A stretch of 63,927 nucleotides of DNA, counting the filler, from Basidiobolus meristosporus CBS 931.73 (taxonomy: Eukaryota; Fungi; Basidiobolomycota), in the NCBI GenBank assembly GCA_002104905.1. It is 4 parts of 4 records of this genome, joined end to end, with 100 filler letters (N's around TTAATTAATTAA, not from the genome) between each part and the next. Parts side by side here need not be neighbours in the genome. Positions count along the whole stretch, not along the records: positions 36,084 to 52,606 come from MCFE01001119.1; positions 52,707 to 63,927 come from MCFE01001280.1; 2 more parts are not named here. The stretch is one strand, 5' to 3'. Of this stretch, positions 50,001 to 61,536 are shown in pieces. Position 1 is the first letter of the stretch. Each line of letters begins with the position of its first letter. The notes under the pieces are model-generated. The model had not been told where the DNA came from and searched no databases. It saw only the letters and a program-made list of their open reading frames with translations. A program made the position numbers and the translations under genes.

Positions 50001-50790
50001 GCTACCAATTATTTCTCAAAGTGGGTAGAAGCCCAAGCCGTCCGCAATAAAGATCAGAAGACAACCGCCCGATTCATTCTAGAACACCTCATCTGCCAAC
50101 ACGGATATCCTCAGATACTCCTGTCCGACAATGGTGGTTCCTTCCTGAACAACACCGTGGCCCACCTGTGCAAAATGATGGGCGTGAAACAAGTCTTCAC
50201 GGCCGCGTATCACCCCCAGACTAACGGATTAACCAAGAGGATGAACCAGACGTGTTGCCGCATACTGGAGAAGCTTCACTGGGAACTTCCCCAATCATGG
50301 GCCAAGCTGCTCCCACTGACACTCCTAGCAATGCGCACCACACCGAATAAAACAACGGGTTTCTCCCCATATGAAATCCTATATGGACGAAGACCCAAGT
50401 GGCGGGAGGAAGCTGGATTGACAATGGAAGGTGTCCCCCTGACAACACATAACGACTATATAGAAAGGTTGATACACCGTATCGCCCACCTATACATAAA
50501 AGTATTCGAAAATGTTGACAAGCACCTTCCCCCTCCACCCAAAAATGAGAAACTAACGAGACAAAAGTGGAAACCAGGCGAATAAGGTGTGGTACAACCA
50601 AACCGTTGCAGGCCTCAAGTTCCGCCCACGATTTACACCCCGATGGATTGGCCCATGCACCGTTATCAGTTTGGACCACGGACCAAAGTACACCATCACC
50701 CTGAATAATAAGACAATCAGCAACGTAGCGCCAGCCCATCTGAAACCGTTTCATGATGATCCACCGATCATCACTGAGACCAAAGTGTGA
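47011..50790 (+). pseudogene. Family-A pol (PR, dUTPase-like linker, RT, RNaseH, IN with GPY/F, no chromodomain); TGA stops and several 1-bp frameshifts
   Basis: RFCIDYRKLN, YLDNITIYS, CDGSLTGIGAVL, EIECLAVV, H-H-C-C, TNGLTKRMN, FTPRWIGPC. Confidence 0.93.
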
Positions 50791-50918
50791 TTAAACAATT
50801 ATCAGGACAAGGATAGAGGAAGACACGGGATACATTCAAGTTTATTAGAGGAGATTTTAGTCGATATAGGTACAAATAATATGCGCAAGGGAGTTTGCCC
50901 AAAGGGGAGAACAAAAGA

Positions 50919-51740
50919 ATGCATATGGAAAGCGCCAAAGGAAACAGTTCACCCAAAACTGGCGATACCCCTCCCACTAGCAAGAACCAAGATGATATCG
51001 AAAACAAAACCGACCTGCAAGTGTTAAGAGATATGGTACGAGCGTTACGTACGACAAGAGCCACCTATGAAGAGTCGTTTGCCGGAGCAGTCACGCTAAT
51101 ACAAGACACGATCAGAGAGGGACGAGACAAGTTACCCACGCCGATACAAAGCATGGAGATACTACCCGAGAAGACCGTGTACCACCTAAGAGGAGGTTCC
51201 TTGATCATTAAGGAGAAGGACGCCGCGCTGATTCCCGTATCCATACTGGACACAGTCAGACAGAAGACACAAGGAATCAACTGTCGCGCCCTCACGAGAC
51301 CTCGAGAGCCCCCCTGTTTTGTTGCATACTTGCCATTAATAGGTACCACGGTTGTTGAGGTATACGCAGACCTGGTACAAGCTGCAAGAGCACCAGAAGT
51401 AGAACTCCCGATCAAAGGACTCCTCCAAGAAATTTGCGAACATCTCAAACCACATTTCCAAGAAGGAACCATCTTAGAGAAGATACGCGAACGGATTAAA
51501 TACACCGGCCAGTTAACCCATGCAATCCACCAAGTTGCTGTGTTACAACTATTACAGTGGTTTACCATAGGACAACTCAGGAATCAGTACAAAGTCCAAC
51601 TCCAAGAAGCCGAAGAAACCGCCGCGGATTCTGTAGAAACCATGAGGCAGTACGAAAGCGCCTCAATTGCGCCACAGTTTCTACGGAAGAACTACAATAC
51701 GTCTCGGAAGAAGCAAAAACTTGTTATTGACAACGGGTGA
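50919..51740 (+). CDS. Additional retrotransposon ORF3 of unknown function (~273 aa; may continue via a frameshift into 51667-52086)
   Basis: Stop-free sense-strand ORF between the IN stop and the 3' LTR; no signal peptide, TM helix or motif recognised. Confidence 0.65.
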   Translation: MHMESAKGNSSPKTGDTPPTSKNQDDIENKTDLQVLRDMVRALRTTRATYEESFAGAVTLIQDTIREGRDKLPTPIQSMEILPEKTVYHLRGGSLIIKEKDAALIPVSILDTVRQKTQGINCRALTRPREPPCFVAYLPLIGTTVVEVYADLVQAARAPEVELPIKGLLQEICEHLKPHFQEGTILEKIRERIKYTGQLTHAIHQVAVLQLLQWFTIGQLRNQYKVQLQEAEETAADSVETMRQYESASIAPQFLRKNYNTSRKKQKLVIDNG

Positions 51741-52130
51741 CTGCCAACCGAGTGTACGCCCTCTTCAAAAGGTCCCCCGCCGTCATATTGAACACAAAAA
51801 GGACAAGCCCGATAACGTTTGCAAGATAAAGAAGCAAGACTTTATCGCGCTATTGCACCTTTTCTCGTTCTCCGACCCTCCCAAGGAACTTACCCAGAAC
51901 CCTATGGTTTGCCAACTATTTGGCTCTGTGGAAAACATCCCTCGAGCAACACAGGCCGCACCCCACTCTGCCGCCAAATGGTATCAGGTACTTGCCCGCG
52001 ATCCCCTCGCAAGTGACAACCAGCAATGGTACTACGGTGACTCCCCATGCTCCGTAAACAAAATCGATCCTGGAGAAGCAAGTTAGTCAAAGAACTTCGA
52101 GGACAAAGCTCCCACTTAACCCCCGGGATA

Positions 52131-52516
52131 TGTGAGTACTCAATGTAGTACCCACTCTTTGCCCAAGAGTTCTCCCAAGAGTTCCCTCCAGAGTCCTACC
52201 CAAAGTCCTCCAGTACCCTCCCTATGATTCCCCCACGCGTCCTCCCCTCCTATCCCTGCCCTTATCTAGTTAGAACACTTACCATAACAGGAAGGTGTTC
52301 ACACCCCTATTTTATAACACATTGTCTATTGTCTAAGCCCCCCAAGTGATATATATATCTACCCAATTGAACCAGGAAGAACAACGAGATTTGGACAAAA
52401 TAAACAGAAGTCTTTATTACCTTGCTACCTTCTATCGGAAGCTATTCTGAACCAAGTGGTACTGACTTGACCTACAAGCTCTCCCACTCACCAAGTACAG
52501 TCAGTAATAACCCACA
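52131..52516 (+). repeat. 3' LTR, family A
   Basis: 386 bp, ~99% identical to the 5' LTR. Confidence 0.96.
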
Positions 52517-52606
52517 CACTATACAGGTCTTTGAAGCACAACAACAGTGCCCTAAGATAAAGCCCACCAGAAAACTATCACAGTGTGGGAGGGAGACAAT
52601 GTGGTG

Positions 52607-52706
52607 NNNNNNNNNNNNNNNNNNNNNNNNNNNNNNNNNNNNNNNNNNNNTTAATTAATTAANNNNNNNNNNNNNNNNNNNNNNNNNNNNNNNNNNNNNN
52701 NNNNNN
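52607..52706. other. Artificial contig-join spacer
   Basis: 44 N + TTAATTAATTAA + 44 N. Confidence 0.97.
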
Positions 52707-55625
52707 CCTTGCTACTTTATGGGTGACAAGATCTACTGTTCACTGCCCATATTTTATATGAATTTACCTTACAATACTTAGATCAGGATGGCATAGAGTT
52801 GTAATAATGGAGCTCTTAGAGTAGTCCAGAAAACTCCCAGAATATGGGACTTACTGTTGGATATTTCACAGTTTATATTGCTGGTGTTTCTGTCAATAAC
52901 TGCAAATGAGTAAGTAAAATATCTGCTCATTGAGCCATTTTGTAAAAGCTGCGCAGCCAAAGTGTCACACAGTCACAGCCATTTCCTTCAAACCTTGCTT
53001 TGAATATATGAGTATAATGAAAACTAAGCTGATACAGAGCCAAGGCTTAATGGTGATCATCAATTATACCATCTATTCATCTTTGGTAACCAGTAAAGTG
53101 ATCCAGCCTTGCATCAGGTTAAAAGCCTTTTATTGTCTTGTTTTTCAGCTTAACATCCACATGGATTTACAACATTCCAGAGAACATTCCAATTGGCATG
53201 TAGAGCTATAAGTTCTGCATAATGTTTACTTTTTGTCCATTAGGTTTAAATAAATTTGAACTTTGAGAGGATTCTTTGAAGAAAATGCTTAGAATACTAT
53301 GCCAGTGCTCCCAGAAAGTTATGAGTAAGTTTTGGGGGTTTTGAGCATGCTGGAATATGCTGATGAGCTCAAGTTAAGTAGAATAGCAATATCTGTGAAT
53401 GGCCTAGGTGTAAGCTGAGTTATCATAAAGCTATCACTTGACTCAAATATTCTACAAACTAGTATATGTTACCTACTGATGTGTATCTGCAAAAAATAAA
53501 TCTCTATAACCACCTGCTAGTATTAGACTAATTCATTATCCGGAATAGCAGAAGGCTTGTGTAATAACATTGCTATCTCCAATGCTGCTAGTACTACTAC
53601 CAGGTACAATGCTAAATATGTAGTGTAGGTACATCTATTCCAAACCAGATTCATTTATATTTGGTCTAGTTTTTGCTATTAGAGCTCTAATATTGCTGAA
53701 AGTGATTGGGAAAAGAAGCAGATTGTGTGACTGTTGCTTGTTGAATTTTTGTGTGTAAAGCTTCATCTCTACTCTTGCATGGTATTGACAAAACAAACAC
53801 ATACCTTGTGCTTAAGATATTTCATGAAGACATTCACTAATAGAGCAATTAAGTAAAGGCCTGCAGAATATCATCATAATATGAAACAAGCTCCAACTGT
53901 CCCAAAAGTGGCAACTCTCATTATCTCAGGTGCTGGCTTTATAGCAGATTAGCAGACATCCTCTCTAGGGGGCATTTGGCTAACTAGCACTTGTAACAAG
54001 TTTGGTGATTAGCGGCTTGCTACTAACACCAAAAATTGCAGCCAAAATTTTGAAGCAGAAACACCAGCTGAGCACTAGTAACATACCATTAGAATGACAG
54101 CCAAATTCTAGCTTAAAATCCAGTGAGCTTCAGCTTTGAGCTTTTTCATGGGGATTAGGTACCAATCTCATGAGAAGTCACAAGTTTGGAGCCTTCCTAT
54201 CAGTTCCATAGAGGGAAATTGGCCAAAATACTCTTTGATTAGTGGGCTCTGACTATATGACTGAGTTCAGTGAATACTTGGGTGTACCTATATAACCTTT
54301 GATAGTTTTGGCTGAGTTTCATTGAAGCAGAGCTCTGGCACCTTTAACACATCACTCTAAGCTTCATATATCCAGATAGCTTCTAAAACAATGCAACAGC
54401 TCCATGCTCAGTGTTGTATCCAAGAGAAAGTGTAATAAAACTCTTGAATGGTTTAACTCAACCAAAGGGACAATTAAGTGCAGAATCTTAGAATTGTCAG
54501 AGAGTGGTGGAAATATTAGCAGAAGGATTCTGATCTAATATTGGTCTGGGATATAGCTGGGTTGGCTATAAAGACAATGATATTTGTTTGCTAGGCAGGC
54601 TAGGCTTGGTGTTCTTTGGAGTGCTAGATATACTAGGCTTGGATAGAAACTAGAATGGAATTGTTGGATTCTTATTTTTGCTGAGACAGAATCTAAATTT
54701 TGTTGAGACACACACTAAACCAAAAGGTTCAGTAAACTTTATTTATACTTTTCTGATCAAGTTGAATTAGTAAGCGCCAAGGGACTGGATTGATTGAAAT
54801 CAATTTGGGTGTTCATAGGTGCGTAAGATAAATGAAAATTACATCATCAATCAACTGATGTCTTGGCAACTGCACAGTGGTTGGATAGATCTCAGATGAC
54901 TAATCACCTGGGAAGGCTTGGCAGATTGGTTGATAACATAATGACCATTTGAAAATAGATCAGGTGTGATAGCTAAAAATAGATTCTGAGGTGGGATAAA
55001 ATAAACTGTAACTGGGATTTGTTATGTTTGGGTTAGGGAAAATCAGTTAGGGTACTAGATTTTCAAACGCAGTAAAATTGGCCAAGTTTTAAATGTTTAT
55101 GCACAACACTCAGGATATCTTGGATTACAGGTTTCTGCAATCAGGGCTAACTTGGCCTCCCATAGTTTCCCTGACTATCTTGGTGTGCATCTTGAAATAT
55201 TAGGTGCTGATTAGAAGCTATTTGAAGGCTATTCTTAGCTGAGCTGATGTAGTGAAACTGGCACTATGGAATCTCACACTCCAATATTTTATAAAATGAC
55301 ACAGACTCTGTGTGGTATCTCATAATTGATTAGTCCATTCTATAACTAAGTAATATACAGCTCCTTATTTACTTACCTTCTTCTCAACCCATCACAGCTC
55401 TCAGTTAATCTGGTTGTAAGTGCTTAGGTGGCACTGATATTGATTGAGAGAGCAAGTTGTTTATGTAATAATCAGCCAATGATTTATAGAAGGTAAAAGT
55501 GGTATATGTGCTTGTACCTGGTCTTGGCAAAAAAAAGCACATAAAGCATAGTTAGCATGGTCTCAAGTGCATATGTGCAAAGATTGGAGCTGCTTGGACA
55601 ACCTATCAGTATGTCATGTTTGGGG

Positions 55626-58123
55626 TGTTGTAAAAGTTTGTAACTCCACCTAAGTATTTACCTAACTTAGTCACTTAGATTATTACCCTTCAAGTCTTAG
55701 AGAATACTGACCAAATTCCTTGTTGGGATTTACTTCAAATATTTTTCACCAAAATACCAGGTACCCAGACATGAATATTCTCAAAGTTGTCCAAACAGCC
55801 CCAAACTCTGCACACATGTTCTTGGGACCTACTTTAGCCTATTATATGTGTTTTTTATGCCAAGACCAGGTAAAAGTATAAATACCACTTTTACATTCAA
55901 TAAATCATTAAGTGAAAACCACATAGTCTACTTGTTCTCCAAATCACTTCCAATATCTCCAAGACTCTTACAACAGATTATGAGCCCCAAGCTGTCACTC
56001 TTTACAACTTTGACTATTGCTATTACTGGAATTTTTCCCTCTGCTGAAAAGTTGGATGGATCTAACTACCAAGTGTGGAAGGTGAAGATGAAGATGCTGC
56101 TACAAGAAAGAGACCTTTGGGATATTGTCATGGGAGATGAATGCCCTCCTAAAAATGTGGGAGAGGAAGCCTTAAAGTGCCATAAGAAAGAACAAAGTGC
56201 CTTTAACTGTATTTGCCTTAATGTCAAAGACAAATTGCTAATTCAATGCTCAAGAGCAAAAATGGCAAAGAATGCCTGGAAGGCATTAGATGATACCTAC
56301 CAGTCATGTTCAGCTGCTAAGAAAATGTATCTGAGACAAAAATTCTTTACTACAAACATGCAGCCAGGAGAAGAAATGAAAAATCTAATTATCAGAATTG
56401 CCCTGCTGGTAGATGAAATGGAATCTGTTTGCATACCAACTAATGATGAGGATGTGATAGTCACCATCCTGAATAGCCTGACAGACAAGTTTCAGGGCCT
56501 TGTATCAGCCCTAGAGTCCAGAACTAAAGATTTGACCTTAAATTACGTATATGGAAGGCTCCTGGATGAAGAATCATGAAAATCAAACACTAAATGCTTT
56601 AATAAGCAATGATAATCAGCAAAGGAGGTACCTAAGATCCTACAAAGGTAACAGCAACCTGTTTTGCAACTACTGCAAAAGGAAAGGACACACATCAGAC
56701 CAGTGTCTTGAAAAGAGAGATGATCAGCAAAAGAAACCTCAATATGGAAATGTTGCAACAACAGAAGATAGACTATTCACATCTGCACTAAATATGACCA
56801 CAAACAAGAATTCTCAATTGAGGTATATTGACTCTGGAGCATCTCAACACTTTACACACCAAAAAGAACTTTTTACCCAATATCAAGAAATTCCAATTAA
56901 GAAGGTTTTCATGGGTGACAATATCCTACAAAAAATAATTTGGTCCCACAGTGAATCCAATCCAGATCAGCCGTCAGGATCCTGTTAAGGGACCATCATA
57001 ATACTAGCAGCTTGGAATCAGTGACCCTCATAATGATCTTATGACAGGATCATGACAGTGTTTTGCTAATTTTACAACCAAATAAATGGATAAAACTTGA
57101 CAATATTTTATTGGTGCAGTGACAATATTTGCATGGTATTGTTGTGGTCTTTTAGCACTCTATAACTATTTTAAGTGGATCCAGTTGGCCAGGATATCCA
57201 ATTGCCTTATATGGCAAGAAACTTGACGGTATTTTGACAGCCTCACAGCAAGACTCTGATGACATTATATTGGCAGAATGATGGCCTACAGCAGGTTCTG
57301 TATAATGCTACTGTACCAATTTACCAAATGGTATTTCCTTTTTCTACCTCCTCTTGTGTAATACTTATATTCCACTGTAGAATCACCTCTCTTTATTTGC
57401 TTACCCACTACTACCTTGGGTATTCTGCATATAGTTTGAATCCAAAAGAAACTATGTCCTCCTGCTTACTAACCTCTACAAACGCACACACCTGCTGCAA
57501 TTGACATACTCTATCACCTCAACTTTATGGCTTTTAGTTTGATACTTGCAAAGTTGCCATATACCATGTACTGCTGGTATCATATACATCTTGCAAAGAT
57601 ATGCTTGGTTGTTGCCACTTCTGCCATGAATACCTCCTGAATATTTGCAAAGAACTAATGTTCTACAGATGAAACAACTGCAGACATATTCACCAAACAA
57701 TTAGCCAGAGACAAGTTTGAATGTCTTGGGTCAAAATTGGGACTAGACAGTATGAGCATTTAGCTAAGTGGGAGTATTGTAAAAGTTTGTAATTCCACCT
57801 AAATATTCACCTAACTTAGTCACTTGGATCATTACCTTCAGATCCTAGAGAGTACTGACCAAATTCCTTGTTGGGATTTACTTGGAATATTTACACCAAA
57901 ATACCAGGTACCCAGAACATGAAAATTTTCAGAGTTGTCCAAACAGCCCTGAACTTTGCACACATGTTCTTGGGACCTTCCTTAGTCTATTCTACATGTT
58001 TGCTATGCCAAGACCATGTAAAAGTATAAATACTACTTTGACATTCAATAAAACACTAAGTGAAAACCACTTTGTCTACTTGTTCTCCAAATCACTTCCA
58101 GTATCTCCAAGACTCTTACAACA
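55626..58123 (+). mobile_element. Internally deleted Ty1/copia element (LTR-gag-PR-[family X insert]-RNaseH end-LTR)
   Basis: LTRs 55626-55975 and 57775-58123; PBS-like GATTATGAGCCC (copia-type GGTTATGGGCCC); gag LDGSNYQVWKVKM, CNYCKRKGHTSDQC, PR IDSGASQH; TADIFTK and PPT AAGTGGGAG before the 3' LTR; IN and RT absent; flanks TGGGG/TTAGA do not match. Confidence 0.88.
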
Positions 58124-60050
58124 TTAGATACCTGATGTCTTAGTGAGAATATTGAAGTAAGTCCTGGCCGGCAATTCAGCCTGAATTTTTTACAATTTTT
58201 GGACTATAAGCTAATTGTCTAAGTTAGCTGAATACTTAAGTGTATTGACAAAGTTTACAACAGATCCATGGCACCTTTTGTTGTGGCTCCCTCAGCAAAT
58301 CAGTGTGTTACTTATAATGCTGTAAATTGAGAGCCATTCAGGACTGAGTTCCAGGTATATTTGTATACATATAGGGTATCCTGACCTCAGAGTGAGCATA
58401 GGTAGAGCTTGATAAATAATATACAGTGATATGGCTTCTATTTGCTCCAGGCTTTTATCAGTTTTAGTACTTGGCTTTATATTGGCAATTAAATTGGGTG
58501 TACCTATAAATAATGGTATTGTGAGTTTGACAATTAGCATCACCCTTGAGAAAGCCACTGTATCTATTGGTGAGCAGAGAACACAATATTGCTAACCTTT
58601 TATAGCTTTTTTGGCAAATATGTGTATAAATTATCAGCATCTAGTCTGCACCTAAATCATTCATTTATCTTAGAACCATATAGATCTGCAAGGTTATGAT
58701 TTATTTGCTTGAGAGTTGGTTTGTAAGATATTGACATATTCTTGGCATTAGTAAAGGCCTGGAAATTATCAGGATATTCAACCTTGTCCAAAAGCCCTGG
58801 CTTTGCACAATTCTTCCCAGAACATCATTTAGGGCATTTGTATCATTGATCTTAGAGAATTTCCCCAAACGTATAAATACTTTATTTGAATTCTTCAATT
58901 ACCTTTAAGACTCTAACATTCACAAAATACCCTTTACCAGCTAGTAAATTACATCTTGACTCTGGATTCAAAGCAGTATTGGCCAGGAGTAACAACAGAA
59001 TAGGGCAGTAGCCTTTATGTGTTATCAACTAGTCAGCAATTCTTCAACCTGAAGAGTTTACATCTAGCGCTTATAATTATCTTCAGTTTAATAATTCAAT
59101 ATGCAAAAGATACTACTACCAACCATGCCTTCCAGTAGCTTTAAGCCCGCGGATTAGTCAAAAGCAAAACATGAGAAAATTTTTAGTTGACTACTCAAGT
59201 GACCAATTTGCTATATGACTTTTGAAGATTGGCAACACAAGGGGGTTTTATATGTCCTCAAGAGCTATGCCCTCTTAGAGTTCCATTAGCTCTAAAGCTT
59301 AAATGAAATCTCAAGATATTGAGGAGTGTTGATAAACAAGCATTTTTATAATAATTTTGTTGAGAATACATGGAAGCGGTTACTGGATCTACCAATTGAA
59401 TATTGTTTCCTCCTATAGAAGAGGAATTTTTCAACATGAGTTTAGGATCGAAGCAATAGAGTTATGCTAGTTGCACATATCGCACCCGAATAAGGACATT
59501 CTGTGTTCCAACAAAGATAGTCAGAAAATCCAGCATGTTTGGGGACTTACTTACTAAGCGAATTTTAGAATATACTACTTTGTACAGTACCAGACTTTCG
59601 TGTATGGAAACTTCAGCACTAATATAGGGTTATATCCGGAACAAGTAATACACGGGCTGTTGCTATATCCATGAAACAACAAGTTCCTGACTAAGATTAG
59701 CAGTCTATCATAGAACCGACGATACGATGGGCTAGGGAGGGTTGAATCATATGTTGCACGCAGCAACGATATTGTAATGAAGGCTGGAACTCATCGTTAT
59801 TACATTGACTCACCTGAATTGTTGCTTGTGCTGAAGATCCCAATTTGCTCTCAAACGACCTTGTGATACAACCAAAATTCTGGCGAGCTTCCGATTTGTC
59901 AAGAAAGCCTTGGCGTGCCACATGGGGTGATAGTGGTTCGACGAGAGAATTCCTATCACTGTTGATGGCGTAAAAATGCTACATTTCTATAGAAATCGTC
60001 CCTCTCAACATCGTATAAAAGATCGAGCTGTAGATCGGATTATATGTATA

Positions 60051-61418
60051 ATGCCTGCATTCAAATCTCTATCGAATTTCCTTCTTCTCCTTCTGCTTAA
60101 TTTTACCAAAGCCGTGTTCGCAAAAGGTGGTGGCGGTGGTGGTAGAGGGGGTGGTGGTGGTGGTGGTGGTGGGAGTAGAGGAGGAAGCGGTGGGGGCGCC
60201 GGCTATGTTCCGGTAATTATTCCATATGGTGGTGTGGGTCACTCTGGCGGTTCAGGTTCAAGAACCTCCTCTTTTCCTTGGTGGGGGATACTCCTTATCG
60301 TCCTTGGATTTATAGGCTTAATCATTTTATGCTTCTACTGTCTTAGACGTTATAAAAAGACTAGAGCCTCCAACACAACACCAGCTACAACTCTCCCAAT
60401 CCACGTCGATACCAGTATGATGACTGTTCCGCACCAACCCAACCAGTTCTCTGCTGTCAACAGCGCGAACGTCTTACCAAATGAGCCACTACCTGTGTAT
60501 AGCCCCGAAGCGAATATCAACGAGACAAACGCTCCTCCCTTGCCTCCTCCGGTGTATGCTAATGTTTCCCCTGATACTTCACCAAGCCATTACTTCTCTA
60601 CCAAGAATGCAACTGAGCAGCAATTTGAGGCAGGGTTGAAATTCAGTCGAGAATTCCCGCCTTCGGCCAACCCATTGAGTACAGAGGAGCTTAATTACTT
60701 AGGATTTTATAAGAGCTTGGCGCTTAACAACTGGCTAATTAATCCTATGCTTAACGAGTATGTTTCTACGACAACATACAACTCTCCTCAGTCGAAAGCC
60801 ACTAAGGGACCGTCTGTTCCTCTTGTACGCTTCCATACCCGCGGCAACGACCTTTCCATTCAAACACAATTCCCACTCCCAGCGTCTCTTTCCGACTCGG
60901 CTCTACAGGACACCATTTGCAGTAATCCCGAGACTTGTCCACTGGAAAGCATCACATCGATCTCATATTTCGAAGTGACGGTTGTAGACAAGCCAGACCC
61001 AAATGTCATCATTGCCATCGGCCTGGCGACCAGGCCCTATCCATATTTCAGGCTCCCGGGATGGAACATTTACAGTGTTGGATATCACTCGGACGACGGT
61101 CGAAAATATGTTGACGACGGGTACGGTGGTCGCGATTACTCTGCTCCTTTCGGTGTGGGTGATGTCATTGGCTGCGGTTACGATCGTTCATCCGGCAGTG
61201 TCTTCTTTACCCGCAATGGCGTGAACCTTGGCATTGCACGTCAAGGTATGTGGCATCTCGTCTTTCCTACTTTGGGAGCAGACGGTGATGTAAGCGTTCA
61301 AGTCAACTTCGGCGAGAGCTCCTTTAAATATTTTCCAACAGTTGGTGCCAGTGGAAGCCACTCGGCTAGCCACTCGGCTAGTGTAAAGTTTCCGGACCAT
61401 AGAGACTACATGAACTAG
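60051..61418 (+). CDS. Ssh4/Ear1-like SPRY-domain membrane protein (signal peptide, Gly-rich lumenal part, TM helix, PY motifs), ~455 aa
   Basis: YFEVTV, IAIGLATRPYPYFRLPGW, SVGYHSDDG, GDVIGCGY, FFTRNG, VNFG; TM WWGILLIVLGFIGLIILCFYCL; LPVY and PPVY. Confidence 0.88.
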   Translation: MPAFKSLSNFLLLLLLNFTKAVFAKGGGGGGRGGGGGGGGGSRGGSGGGAGYVPVIIPYGGVGHSGGSGSRTSSFPWWGILLIVLGFIGLIILCFYCLRRYKKTRASNTTPATTLPIHVDTSMMTVPHQPNQFSAVNSANVLPNEPLPVYSPEANINETNAPPLPPPVYANVSPDTSPSHYFSTKNATEQQFEAGLKFSREFPPSANPLSTEELNYLGFYKSLALNNWLINPMLNEYVSTTTYNSPQSKATKGPSVPLVRFHTRGNDLSIQTQFPLPASLSDSALQDTICSNPETCPLESITSISYFEVTVVDKPDPNVIIAIGLATRPYPYFRLPGWNIYSVGYHSDDGRKYVDDGYGGRDYSAPFGVGDVIGCGYDRSSGSVFFTRNGVNLGIARQGMWHLVFPTLGADGDVSVQVNFGESSFKYFPTVGASGSHSASHSASVKFPDHRDYMN

Positions 61419-61536
61419 GCCAGCTAGTGTATATTCGCATTTACCAGCAAGCAAGCAATGTATATAGCCATTAAACCATATATAATTTGTAATAGCTGAG
61501 TCGAGTAATAAATAAATTTTATGTTGATAATGCAAT

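Larger units (their letters stand above)
45744..52516 (+). mobile_element. Young full-length Ty3/gypsy retrotransposon, family A (6773 bp), non-chromoviral, with an extra 3' ORF
   Basis: LTRs 45744-46130 and 52131-52516 differ by two substitutions and one 1-bp indel; 5-bp TSD CACTA on both sides; PBS, gag, PR, RT, RH, IN in gypsy order. Confidence 0.97.

Noticed and set aside
50919-52086. ORF3 as an envelope gene
   Set aside because: No signal peptide, hydrophobic TM segment or obvious fusion-protein features.
52707-55600. LINE or other TE remnant
   Set aside because: CpG-depleted and probably repeat-derived, but no diagnostic motif could be read.
58290-58900. hAT-like transposase fragment (FWTRLNILI)
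   Set aside because: A single weak motif in heavily decayed AT-rich DNA; not enough to call.
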